The notes below the pieces were generated by a model, which was not told the DNA's origin, ran no database searches, and was given only the letters and a program-made list of their open reading frames with translations. From contig JACJYS010000001.1 in the NCBI GenBank assembly GCA_020635995.1, positions 155,543 to 219,542 on the forward strand: a DNA stretch of 64,000 bases. Direction: 5' to 3'. The first letter of the stretch is position 1. Every line of letters begins with the position of its first letter. Position numbers and translations under genes: made by a program. This DNA is from Chitinophagales bacterium (GTDB lineage Bacteria > Bacteroidota > Bacteroidia > Chitinophagales > UBA8649). Shown here in pieces: positions 55,437 to 64,000 of the stretch.

Positions 55437-56968
55437 TAATCCACTTCGCAAGTTAAACAGGCTAAGCCGTTTTCTGTCATAAGCCAAGTATTGTTGTCTA
55501 AATCTTTACTTTTTTTGGTAGCTTGTAGCACGGGGTCTTTTATATATTTGCTGGTATATTTACCAAAATTTATTTCTGTACCCACAGGTACTTCTAAAGT
55601 ATATTTTACTTTTTGAAATCTAAACTGCCCTTCGTCTTTTATTTCTAAAGTAGTAGGCAAAACAAGTTCACTGCTATCTTTAAATTCTAATTGGTAGCTT
55701 ATTTTATCTATATGTTGCTTACACTCTTCTACTGTTCTTCCTCTACTTGAAACTGCCGCTTCTAACTTAAATTCTTTTGCCGGTTTTACCTGCAAAATAG
55801 CAGAATTTAAAAACAAGGTGTTTATTTCTGGACGATACAGGATATTTTTAGCGTTGAACCCATCTTCATTTATATTAAATTGAAAACCTCCTTCTTCGTC
55901 TAATTCTGACTGTTTAAAATTTATGGTAACTGTTTTTAATGAATCTGCAAAAGGAACATCTATGTAATTAAATGCTATTTCTTCTTTACTAAAGTTTTTA
56001 GCTACATCTACTGTAGCCACAACAAAAGCTAAAAGAGCTACCAACATTAAAACGCCACTAATAATAAGCGTTTTTGCCCATGAAACTTTAGATTTTTTAT
56101 ATGCTTTGGCTATTAAATATAGTAAAAAGATACTTGGTATAGCCACCAAAGCAAAAATGGAAAAGGCAAATAGTAAAAAGAAGAAATTGCTACTAAATAC
56201 AAGGTTTAGGTATTCTTCTCCAAAGAAATTAATAAAAAAAGTACCTCCCGACCAAGCTATAGAAAACACAAAAAACTTAAAAAACAATATTAATCCTACT
56301 ATTAATAAAGCTGCTTTAAACAATAGTTTTAATATTTCTTCTGCGTTTCTGCCTCCTGTTTTGCCTAATTCGGCTAAATTTTCTTTGCTAAAATTTTTTT
56401 TTACCGATTCCGAAATATTACTAAGATTAATCGGCTCGCCTTTCATTTGCATTTTTTGGATATTAGTTTCTGCTTTGGGCATTATTATCCAAAGTATAAT
56501 ATAAATACCGCCCACAGGCACGCCCACACTGGCTATACCTAATATTACAAATATTAAACGCAACCATATAGCATCTATACCTAAATAGGCACCTAAACCA
56601 CCCAGTACACCTGCTATTATTTTATCATCGGGGTTTCTAAATAGTTTTCTGGTAGTGCCACTGTTTTGTTTATATGAATTTTGATTTTCATTGCTCCCAT
56701 TGGTTTCTTCATCTATAACTTCCACATCGCCCAGCGTAGCTATTGATTCTTTTACCATATTAATATTTACAACTTGAGTAAATTTTCCCAGTTTTTCGGT
56801 AAATAATTCAGCAAAGCGGTTTTCTATATCGTTAATAATTTCGCCTTGTTCTTCGCTGTTATTAAATGTAGCTTTTACTTTGTTTAAGTAGTTTTCAAGT
56901 AAAGTATAAGCATCATCATCTATTTGAAATGCCAAACCTGCAAGGTTAATATTTATAGTCTTTTTCAT
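55436..56968 (-). CDS. PspC domain-containing membrane protein
   Basis: PspC motif DKIIAGVLGGLGAYLGIDAIWLRLIFVIL; several TM helices; located downstream of padR. Confidence 0.75.
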   Translation of the reverse strand: MKKTININLAGLAFQIDDDAYTLLENYLNKVKATFNNSEEQGEIINDIENRFAELFTEKLGKFTQVVNINMVKESIATLGDVEVIDEETNGSNENQNSYKQNSGTTRKLFRNPDDKIIAGVLGGLGAYLGIDAIWLRLIFVILGIASVGVPVGGIYIILWIIMPKAETNIQKMQMKGEPINLSNISESVKKNFSKENLAELGKTGGRNAEEILKLLFKAALLIVGLILFFKFFVFSIAWSGGTFFINFFGEEYLNLVFSSNFFFLLFAFSIFALVAIPSIFLLYLIAKAYKKSKVSWAKTLIISGVLMLVALLAFVVATVDVAKNFSKEEIAFNYIDVPFADSLKTVTINFKQSELDEEGGFQFNINEDGFNAKNILYRPEINTLFLNSAILQVKPAKEFKLEAAVSSRGRTVEECKQHIDKISYQLEFKDSSELVLPTTLEIKDEGQFRFQKVKYTLEVPVGTEINFGKYTSKYIKDPVLQATKKSKDLDNNTWLMTENGLACLTCEVD

Positions 56969-56972
56969 AATT

Positions 56973-57299
56973 TTAAGATTTTGTAAGGGTGTTTACTGCT
57001 GTTTTTAAAAAGTCCCAAGTTTCATGTAGCTCAGTTAAAGCCTCTTTTCCATTGTTGGTTATTGAATAGTACTTTCGCGGTGGCCCAGAAGTAGATTCTT
57101 GCCAATTATATTCTAAAATTCCGGCATTTTTTAAGCGGGTTAATAAAGGATAAACCGTACCTTCTACTACTATCATTTTAGCATCTTTAAGTTGCTGTAT
57201 AATATCGGTAGAATAGGCTTCTCCTTCATTTAAAATAGCCAAAATGCAATACTCCAATATTCCTTTTCGCATCTGCGTTTTTGTATTTTCTACATCCAT
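56973..57299 (-). CDS. PadR family transcriptional regulator
   Basis: Winged-helix pattern GILEYCILAIL...YSTDIIQ...EGTVYPLLTRLKNAGILE. Confidence 0.85.
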   Translation of the reverse strand: MDVENTKTQMRKGILEYCILAILNEGEAYSTDIIQQLKDAKMIVVEGTVYPLLTRLKNAGILEYNWQESTSGPPRKYYSITNNGKEALTELHETWDFLKTAVNTLTKS

Positions 57300-57506
57300 T
57301 GCATATTAATTTGTAATGCAAATATATAAACTTTATTTGGTACTATGTAAAACAAAGTAGTGTTTTTTTGAAAAAAATTATCTCTACGCCTATTTTGTAA
57401 TATAAATTATACACTCCACACGCTGTTGCCCACTTTATATTTTGCTATTAATTTTTATCTACCAATAGAAGTGCTATGTTTAGGCACTAAATAAAATCAA
57501 AAGCTT

Positions 57507-58814
57507 ATGTTAGATCAATTTGAAGTAACAGGAGGAAAAAAACTTAAAGGAAATATTATACCTCAAGGAGCTAAAAATGAAGCTTTGCAAGTGGTGTGTG
57601 CCGTGTTGCTTACGGCAGAAAAAATAACCATGCACAATTTGCCCGACATACGGGATGTTAATTTTTTAATAAAGTTACTGAGTGATTTAGGTGTAAAAGT
57701 AGAGAAAATAAAAGAGGGAAGTTATACTTTTCAGGCTGATGATATAAATTTAGAATATCTCCATAGCGAAGATTTTAAAAAACAGGGAGGTTCGCTACGT
57801 GGCTCTGTTATGATAATGGGCCCTCTTTTAGCTCGCTTTAAAAAAGCTTACATTCCTAAACCCGGAGGAGATAAAATTGGAGCTCGTCCTTTAGACACAC
57901 ATTTTATAGGTTTTCAAAAACTGGGAGCTACTTTTAGCTACAATAAAGACGATAATTTTTATACCGTACTTGCCGAAAATTTAGAAGGTAGGTATATGTT
58001 GATGAACGAACCTTCTGTAACGGGAACTGCCAATATAGTGATGGCGGCAGTAATGGCAAAAGGAAAAACTACTATATATAATGCTGCTTGCGAGCCTTAC
58101 CTACAACAACTATGTGGTATGCTAAATAGTATGGGAGCAAAAATAAAGGGCGTAGGAAGCAATTTATTAGAAATTGAGGGAGTTACAGAATTGGGCGGTT
58201 GCACCCACACTTTATTGCCTGATTTTATAGAAGTGGGCTCTTTTATAGGCTTGGCAGCTACTACGCAAAGCGAAATAACCATAAAAAACTGCCGTATAGA
58301 TATGTTGGGACCTATTCCTGATGTTTTTAAAAGACTGGGCATACAAATGGAATTTAAGGGCGATGATATTTATGTGCCATCGCAGGGCGTGTATGAAATA
58401 CAAAGAATGATAGACGGTTCTATACCTACCATTTACGATGCTCCATGGCCTGGTTTTACGCCCGATTTAATTTCAATAGTTTTGGTGGCAGCCATACAAG
58501 CTAAAGGCAGTGTTTTAATACACCAAAAAATGTTTGATGCCCGTTTGTTTTTTATTGACAAACTAAAGGATATGGGAGCTCAAATTATACTTTGCGACCC
58601 ACACCGTGCCACCGTAATAGGTATAGAAAGAAAATACAAACTCAGAGGCATACAAATGAGCAGTCCCGATATTAGAGCAGGAGTAGCTTTATTAATTGCC
58701 GCACTTTCTGCCGAGGGGAAAAGTATTATTTCTAATATACACCAAATAGACCGTGGCTACCAAAATATAGATGGTAGGCTGAATGCTATAGGAGCAGATA
58801 TTAAGAGATTGTAG
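57507..58814 (+). CDS. murA: UDP-N-acetylglucosamine 1-carboxyvinyltransferase
   Basis: GAKNEALQV; KPGGDKIGARPLDTH active-site loop (Asp in place of the E. coli Cys115); HQIDRGY C-terminal motif. Confidence 0.92.
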   Translation: MLDQFEVTGGKKLKGNIIPQGAKNEALQVVCAVLLTAEKITMHNLPDIRDVNFLIKLLSDLGVKVEKIKEGSYTFQADDINLEYLHSEDFKKQGGSLRGSVMIMGPLLARFKKAYIPKPGGDKIGARPLDTHFIGFQKLGATFSYNKDDNFYTVLAENLEGRYMLMNEPSVTGTANIVMAAVMAKGKTTIYNAACEPYLQQLCGMLNSMGAKIKGVGSNLLEIEGVTELGGCTHTLLPDFIEVGSFIGLAATTQSEITIKNCRIDMLGPIPDVFKRLGIQMEFKGDDIYVPSQGVYEIQRMIDGSIPTIYDAPWPGFTPDLISIVLVAAIQAKGSVLIHQKMFDARLFFIDKLKDMGAQIILCDPHRATVIGIERKYKLRGIQMSSPDIRAGVALLIAALSAEGKSIISNIHQIDRGYQNIDGRLNAIGADIKRL

Positions 58815-59016
58815 GATGTTTGTTGTAGCTTAAACGCACAATAAGGCAAAAGCTGATATTGGGCTATTATCTACACCTAAACGGTATTACTAACGGGGTT
58901 AATTACCTCATTTCCAAATTATCATATCACCTAATTATTAATTACCTCATTTTAAAATTAATAAATACAGTATAAAATGTAATTTTGCACAAAATTAAGT
59001 ACATTGACACTCGCAA

Positions 59017-60762
59017 ATGTTTGATTTTAAAATATTCTATCGCGGAGCATTCATTTTAAGTTTGTTCGGTTTGTTGGCTTTTGTTTTTGATTTAGGGTTT
59101 TCAAACTCTCCTATGTCTCAAAAAATTTTAGAAGACATCTATTTTGTACTTTTAGGTATAGGTGCTCTTGCTATAATTTTAAGATATATAGAAAAAGGTT
59201 TTAAAGTTCCTAAAAAAGTACTCTTGTTTGATGCCTTTTATATATCCTTTGCAGCACTAATTTTTTATGATTTTTTAATTGCCGAAAATAGTTTAATAAC
59301 ACATCCACTACTGCAAAGTAGTGCCTGGATAAAACTTGCTGTTTTCTTGTTTTTTGTGCGTGAGTTTTTTGAAATTAGATTCAATTTTAAAAGAACAGTA
59401 CTCAATCCAGCCCAACTTTTTGTACTTAGTTTCCTGTTTATAATTGTTTTAGGGGCATTTTTATTAATGATGCCCAATGCCACTAACGGGAATTTATCTT
59501 TTATAGATGCTTTATTTACCTCTACAAGTGCCGTTTGCGTTACAGGCTTAATTGTGGTGGATACAGCTACTTTTTTCACGGAATTTGGACAATTTATTAT
59601 CTTAATACTTATTCAAATTGGCGGTTTAGGCATCCTTACTTTTGCCAGCTATTTCTCTTATTTTTTTAGGGGAAAATCAAGCTACGAAAACCAACTAACC
59701 CTCAGCGATATGACTAACTCAAAAAACTTGAGTGAAGTTTTTAGCACCTTGAAATATATTATCTTAATTACACTAACTATTGAATTTAGCGTAGCTACAT
59801 TTATTTATTTTTCTGTTGAAGAAGTTGCTTTCCCTTCTTTTCAAAAACATGCTTTTTTTGCTTTATTCCATTCTATATCAGCATTTTGCAATGCCGGGTT
59901 TTCTACATTAACTAATAATTTATACGAAGACGGATTTAGATACAATTATTTTATGCAGTTAGCCGTAATTGCTGCCTTTGTACTTGGTGGTTTAGGGTTT
60001 CCTATTGTGGTTAATATTATGAAATTTGTTTCTTACCATGTTCGGAAACTAATAACTTTTGGTAAAAGTAAAGTAGTGTATAAACCTTGGATTTTAAACC
60101 TCAACAGCCGTATTACACTTATTACTACCATAGCACTAACAGTAATAGGTTTTATAGGTTTTTATGCGTTAGAGTATAATAATACCCTTGCCGACCATAG
60201 CGGATTTGGAAAAATAGTAACGGCTCTTTTTGGAGCTACTACTCCACGTACCGCAGGTTTCAACACTATTGATATGTCTAAAATGCTATTCCCCACCACC
60301 ATGCTGGTGTTTTTATTGATGTGGGTAGGAGCATCGCCAGCTTCTACAGGTGGCGGTATTAAAACCAGTACATTTGCCATTGCTATTTTAAATTTTATAA
60401 GTTTAGCTAAAGGAAAAAGCCGAATTGAAGTTTTTAGACGAGAAATATCAGATATTTCTGTAAGTCGTGCTTTTGCCACCATAGCTCTTTCCCTTATGGT
60501 TATAGGCTTTGGTATTTTAATAATAACCATTAAAGACGGGCGTTTTGGACTGATGCACATAGCTTTTGAATGTTTTTCGGCATATAGTACTGTAGGCTTA
60601 AGTTTAGGAATAACGGGCGGATTAAGTACTTTAAGCAAAGCTGTTTTAATAGTTATAATGTTTGTAGGAAGGGTAAGTATGCTTTCCATTTTAATAGCAT
60701 TGTTTAAAAAAGATAAATACAAAAATTATAGATATCCAAAAGAGGAAATTACCATAAATTAA
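59017..60762 (+). CDS. TrkH/KtrB-family potassium transporter membrane subunit
   Basis: Repeated MPM motifs with selectivity-filter glycines (TSAVCVTGL, NAGFS, TAGFNT, YSTVGLSLG). Confidence 0.85.
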   Translation: MFDFKIFYRGAFILSLFGLLAFVFDLGFSNSPMSQKILEDIYFVLLGIGALAIILRYIEKGFKVPKKVLLFDAFYISFAALIFYDFLIAENSLITHPLLQSSAWIKLAVFLFFVREFFEIRFNFKRTVLNPAQLFVLSFLFIIVLGAFLLMMPNATNGNLSFIDALFTSTSAVCVTGLIVVDTATFFTEFGQFIILILIQIGGLGILTFASYFSYFFRGKSSYENQLTLSDMTNSKNLSEVFSTLKYIILITLTIEFSVATFIYFSVEEVAFPSFQKHAFFALFHSISAFCNAGFSTLTNNLYEDGFRYNYFMQLAVIAAFVLGGLGFPIVVNIMKFVSYHVRKLITFGKSKVVYKPWILNLNSRITLITTIALTVIGFIGFYALEYNNTLADHSGFGKIVTALFGATTPRTAGFNTIDMSKMLFPTTMLVFLLMWVGASPASTGGGIKTSTFAIAILNFISLAKGKSRIEVFRREISDISVSRAFATIALSLMVIGFGILIITIKDGRFGLMHIAFECFSAYSTVGLSLGITGGLSTLSKAVLIVIMFVGRVSMLSILIALFKKDKYKNYRYPKEEITIN

Positions 60763-60768
60763 AAAGTA

Positions 60769-61464
60769 ATGAAATATATAATAGTTGGTTTAGGAAACTT
60801 TGGTGCATCATTAGCCCAAGAGCTTACCGAAATGGGACACGAAGTAATAGGCATAGACAGCAGAATGGCTAAAGTAGATACCTATAAAGAAAAAATATCG
60901 CATACTATATGTATGGATGCCACAGACGAATTTACTATGGCAGGCTTGCCCATTAATGACACAGATGTTTTTATAGTAGCCATAGGCGAAGACCAAGGTG
61001 CCAATATTATGGCTTCGGCTATTTTAAAAAACTTTAAAGTAAAACGTTTAATAAGCCGGGCTATAAACAATCTACATGAAAAAGTGCTGCACGCCATAGG
61101 CGTAGATGAAATAGTACACCCCGAACAAGAAACTGCCGAAAGATGGGCTAAAAAGCTGAACCTAAGAAATGTGGTGGACTCCTTTGAGCTAAGTGATAAC
61201 TTTAGCATAATAGAAACCGAAGTTCCGTTAAATTTTGTAGGGAAAACCTTAGCCGAAGTTGATTTTAGAAAAAACTTTAACATTTTATTGCTTACTACCA
61301 TTAAAAAAGAAGAAGTAAAAAGTTTAATAGGTAAAACCAGATTAGAAACTAAAGTGCAAGGTGTAGCTCAAAATAATATAGCTTTTGAAGAAAAAGATAT
61401 TCTTGTTTTATATGGAAACAATAAAGATTTAGAAAGATTTTTAAAGAAAAAAAGCGAAGATTAA
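60769..61464 (+). CDS. TrkA/KtrA-type potassium uptake regulatory subunit (RCK_N + RCK_C)
   Basis: MKYIIVGLGNFGASLA Rossmann motif; about 230 aa; directly follows the TrkH-family gene. Confidence 0.85.
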   Translation: MKYIIVGLGNFGASLAQELTEMGHEVIGIDSRMAKVDTYKEKISHTICMDATDEFTMAGLPINDTDVFIVAIGEDQGANIMASAILKNFKVKRLISRAINNLHEKVLHAIGVDEIVHPEQETAERWAKKLNLRNVVDSFELSDNFSIIETEVPLNFVGKTLAEVDFRKNFNILLLTTIKKEEVKSLIGKTRLETKVQGVAQNNIAFEEKDILVLYGNNKDLERFLKKKSED

Positions 61465-61471
61465 GCCTTTA

Positions 61472-61630
61472 TTAAGCTCTAAAAATTTCAATATCCGTCT
61501 TTTGAGGCGTAAATATTTCTCCTCTGTGTTTTTTAGGCGAAAAACTTGGACAGTCGCATTTGCTACCCTTGCAAGCACTAAGAGTGCTTAATAAAGCTAT
61601 AATTCCCACTATCATCAGTATTTTTTTCAT
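61472..61630 (-). CDS. Small putative lipoprotein
   Basis: The internal ATG at 61630 gives MKKILMIVGIIALLSTLSAC (lipobox). It is 52 aa with no other support. Confidence 0.35.
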   Translation of the reverse strand: MKKILMIVGIIALLSTLSACKGSKCDCPSFSPKKHRGEIFTPQKTDIEIFRA

Positions 61631-61678
61631 AACAAAATGCTTTACTTTGTTTGTTAAACGAAATAAATATACAAATAA

Positions 61679-62743
61679 TTGCAACAAACTATACTTTTTG
61701 CTATACTCAATTGGGGTTTAGGACACGCCACAAGGTCTATTCCGCTTATCAACTACTTACTTAAAAAACAGTATAAACTAATTATTTGTAGCGATGGAGA
61801 TGCTTTAGCTCTACTACAAAAAGAATTTCCTCATCTCATTTTTGAAAAAACACCTGCTTACAATGCAAGCTATACCAAAAATAAAAATCAGCTTTTTATA
61901 CATTTGGCTAAACAAATTCCTCACTTTATAAAAATTATAAAAGAAGAAAATAGGCTGTGTGAAAAATTGATAGAAAAACACCAAGCTAATTTTATTATTT
62001 CAGATAATAGATATGGATTTTACAATAAAAATATACACAGTGCTTTAATTTGCCATCAGTTGCGTTTGCTTTTTCCTCAATCTCGGTTATTTGAAAACAT
62101 GGTAAATGCCAGCTATATTAACTTTTTAAAACCCTTTTCAGAAATTTGGATACCGGATATTGCTCCTCCAAAAAATTTAAGTGGCAGAATGAGCCAAACA
62201 AACTTAAAAAATACGCATTACATTGGTATAGATTCAAGATTTATAAAAACCAAACCTACTGAAAGTATAAATATTCTTGCGGTAATTTCTGGTCCTGAAC
62301 CTCAAAGAACGCTTTTAGAACAAAAAATATACACGCAACTACAAAATATAGAGGGAAACCACCTGATAGTTAGAGGCACAAAACAAAAAAGTGAAGTTGT
62401 AAATACTGAAAATATAACGGTGGTAGATTTAGCCACTACTCAGCAACTAAACCAGTGGCTTATAAATGCCGAAACTGTGATAAGTAGATGTGGCTATACT
62501 ACTATAATGGATTTAATAAAATTAAATAAAAAAGCTATTTTAATTCCCACTCCCGCCCAGCCAGAGCAAGAGCATTTAGCTCAAAAACTGATGAAAAACA
62601 AATGGTTTTTATCTGCGAAACAAGATGAACTTAATATAGCAGCAACACAAAAACAGCTTATTAATTATGCTCCGCCTAATATTTCATTAGGTTATAATGA
62701 AGAGATAATAGATGCTTTTGTAATACCGATTAGAAATATATAG
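61679..62743 (+). CDS. Glycosyltransferase (GT28/MurG-like C-terminal fold)
   Basis: N-terminus NWGLGHATRS; C-terminus SRCGYTTIMD...PEQEHLA, typical of GT-B enzymes; TTG start. Confidence 0.65.
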   Translation: MQQTILFAILNWGLGHATRSIPLINYLLKKQYKLIICSDGDALALLQKEFPHLIFEKTPAYNASYTKNKNQLFIHLAKQIPHFIKIIKEENRLCEKLIEKHQANFIISDNRYGFYNKNIHSALICHQLRLLFPQSRLFENMVNASYINFLKPFSEIWIPDIAPPKNLSGRMSQTNLKNTHYIGIDSRFIKTKPTESINILAVISGPEPQRTLLEQKIYTQLQNIEGNHLIVRGTKQKSEVVNTENITVVDLATTQQLNQWLINAETVISRCGYTTIMDLIKLNKKAILIPTPAQPEQEHLAQKLMKNKWFLSAKQDELNIAATQKQLINYAPPNISLGYNEEIIDAFVIPIRNI

Positions 62744-62780
62744 AGGAAATAAACCAAACGCTTCTTCAACATTAATGTAT

Positions 62781-62829
62781 TTCCAGTCCAAGGGGTTTAA
62801 ACCCCTTGAATAAACCCCTTGGATTGGAA
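62781..62829. repeat. Composite palindrome with two mutually exclusive hairpins
   Basis: TTCCAGTCCAAGGGGTTTAAACCCCTTGAATAAACCCCTTGGATTGGAA. An inner 20-nt perfect palindrome is CAAGGGGTTTAAACCCCTTG. The outer 15-bp stem has one mismatch. Confidence 0.55.
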
Positions 62830-62918
62830 ATTGAAAAAACATAAATGACGTGAGTTTCATCTATAAGTTTATATTTGAAGGTTGTCAATATATATGAAAA
62901 GTGCTTGATTTATATGGT

Positions 62919-63010
62919 ATAATGCCGATTATGAATATATAACAAACCAATATCGGCTTCGCCTTATTGTACTAAATACTTTTATCTACCGACATTTACC
63001 ATTGTAAAAT
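62919..63010 (-). repeat. Degenerate, truncated copy C of the 128-bp MITE-like element
   Basis: Aligns with 55309-55400 (CCGATTA.GAATATATAA...CTTCGC.TTATTGT.CTAAATA...CATTTACCATTGTAAAA) but lacks the hairpin end. Confidence 0.5.
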
Positions 63011-63014
63011 TAGG

Positions 63015-64000
63015 CTATTTCGGAGTATAAGATGTTCCTTTGTCGGAAGATAATTCCTTTTTCTTAATATCTACTTTTTGTTTTATTAAAAGCAGTTTTT
63101 CCATTTCTTCAGCAGAAGCGGTTTTAATTTTATCTAAAATTTGCCTTTCAAGCAGTTTTATTTTAAAGAAATTGAGCCAGTGCAATTCTGTATTTATATC
63201 TTCTTTATAAATTTCATTTTTTGTGGTGGTAAAAACTTTCTTTTTTACCCAGCCCTCACTCAGGGCATCATCATATTTATTCAAATTGCCCATTATTAAA
63301 GTTATAGCCAAATTGCTTATTTCTTCATCTTGATGATTAATAAAATAATCGCTGAGCTTGGTTTCTTCTTTATTTAGCTCTTTAGATAGCTTTATTATTT
63401 TTAGATGCAATTCATTTTCTAACGGAACACTTTCTAACTTCCCAAAAATATATTCGTAAGTCATTAAATCATCACTATACCTGTTGTCTCCATACTCTAA
63501 AAGTGTGCGTATAACTTCTCTTTCGTATTTTTCTATATTAATTCCTGCGTCTAATAATTCTTCATCTTTTTTAGCCAAATTTTCTTCTAAACCCACATTT
63601 TCTTCTACTATATCATCTGTTTTGTTCTGCTCTTTCCTTCTATTTTTAATTATTTCTTTGCGAGTTTTATTAGCTTCATTAATTAAAATTTGTTCGCTTA
63701 CTTGCATTAAAGTAGCGGTTTCTTTTATGTAGAGCGAACGTTTTATGGCATCGGGTATTTTAGAAATACTGGCTATAATATCCGTTATAACGGCTGCTTT
63801 TTTTACGGGATTATTTTCTGCATCTTTTAGCAAAAGTTTAGTTTTAAAAAAGATAAAATCTTCTTGATTTTCAGCTATAAATTTTAAAAAATCTTCTTTG
63901 TCATTTTTTTGAGCAAAAGAATCCGGGTCTTCATTTTCGGGCAGTAAAACTACTTGAACATTTAAACCATTCTCTAAAATAATATCTATACCACGAAGTG
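63015..64000 (-). CDS. dnaG: DNA primase, C-terminal part (the N-terminus lies beyond the window end)
   Basis: The frame stays open upstream of the track ORF to 64000. It reads ...LRGIDIILENGLNVQVVLLPENEDPDSFAQK... (end of the TOPRIM domain), followed by a helical C-terminal domain. Confidence 0.8.
   Translation of the reverse strand, partial: LRGIDIILENGLNVQVVLLPENEDPDSFAQKNDKEDFLKFIAENQEDFIFFKTKLLLKDAENNPVKKAAVITDIIASISKIPDAIKRSLYIKETATLMQVSEQILINEANKTRKEIIKNRRKEQNKTDDIVEENVGLEENLAKKDEELLDAGINIEKYEREVIRTLLEYGDNRYSDDLMTYEYIFGKLESVPLENELHLKIIKLSKELNKEETKLSDYFINHQDEEISNLAITLIMGNLNKYDDALSEGWVKKKVFTTTKNEIYKEDINTELHWLNFFKIKLLERQILDKIKTASAEEMEKLLLIKQKVDIKKKELSSDKGTSYTPK

Noticed and set aside
58815-59016. 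A c-di-AMP (ydaO/kimA-type) riboswitch upstream of the potassium transporter genes
   Set aside because: Only a single ACGGGG string is present. I could not find the paired conserved helices or the pseudo-two-fold architecture.
60162-60722. A 186-aa minus-strand ORF, plus similar shadow ORFs such as 59265-59579, 53248-53679, 40929-41339, 38725-39160, 43926-44321 and 25579-25911
   Set aside because: They are embedded antisense in strongly supported genes (trkH, cytochrome c, mscS, metH, pssA/purS, kmo). They have no motifs and no plausible signals.

Overview
This is an AT-rich chromosomal window from a Bacteroidota genome (Flavobacteriia/Cytophagia-like). The phylum call rests on T9SS components, lipoprotein-rich exported proteins and TAnnTTTG-type promoter boxes. 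Most of the window is core metabolism and envelope genes. These include ruvA, the 2471-aa T9SS translocon gene sprA, kynurenine 3-monooxygenase, panC-panD, a B12-dependent methionine synthase lacking its Hcy domain, mscS, pssA, purS and rsmI. They also include a flotillin/NfeD pair, scpA, padR-pspC, murA, trkH/trkA and the 3' part of dnaG. A complete clade II (Sec-type) nitrous-oxide reductase operon lies at 47.4-54.4 kb: fasciclin gene, cytochrome c, nosZ, nosB-like, nosL, nosD, nosF, nosY. I saw no rRNA, tRNA or CRISPR array, and no convincing multi-gene defence island. The accessory signal is repeat-driven and falls into five groups. (1) A T9SS type-B cargo gene carries ten in-frame 84-bp tandem repeats, and is bracketed by an 84-bp direct duplication of the 3' end of the neighbouring SNF2 helicase gene. 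(2) A RAYT-like HUH transposase gene is associated with REP-type hairpins and looks C-terminally disrupted. (3) Short sequence modules next to that gene recur around two orphan secreted-protein genes at 27.3-28.5 kb. (4) A 128-bp MITE-like element with terminal inverted repeats is present in at least four full or partial copies. (5) A 39-nt GC-rich in-frame insertion with 10-nt direct repeats sits inside metH. All homology calls come from motif recognition and memory, not database searches.
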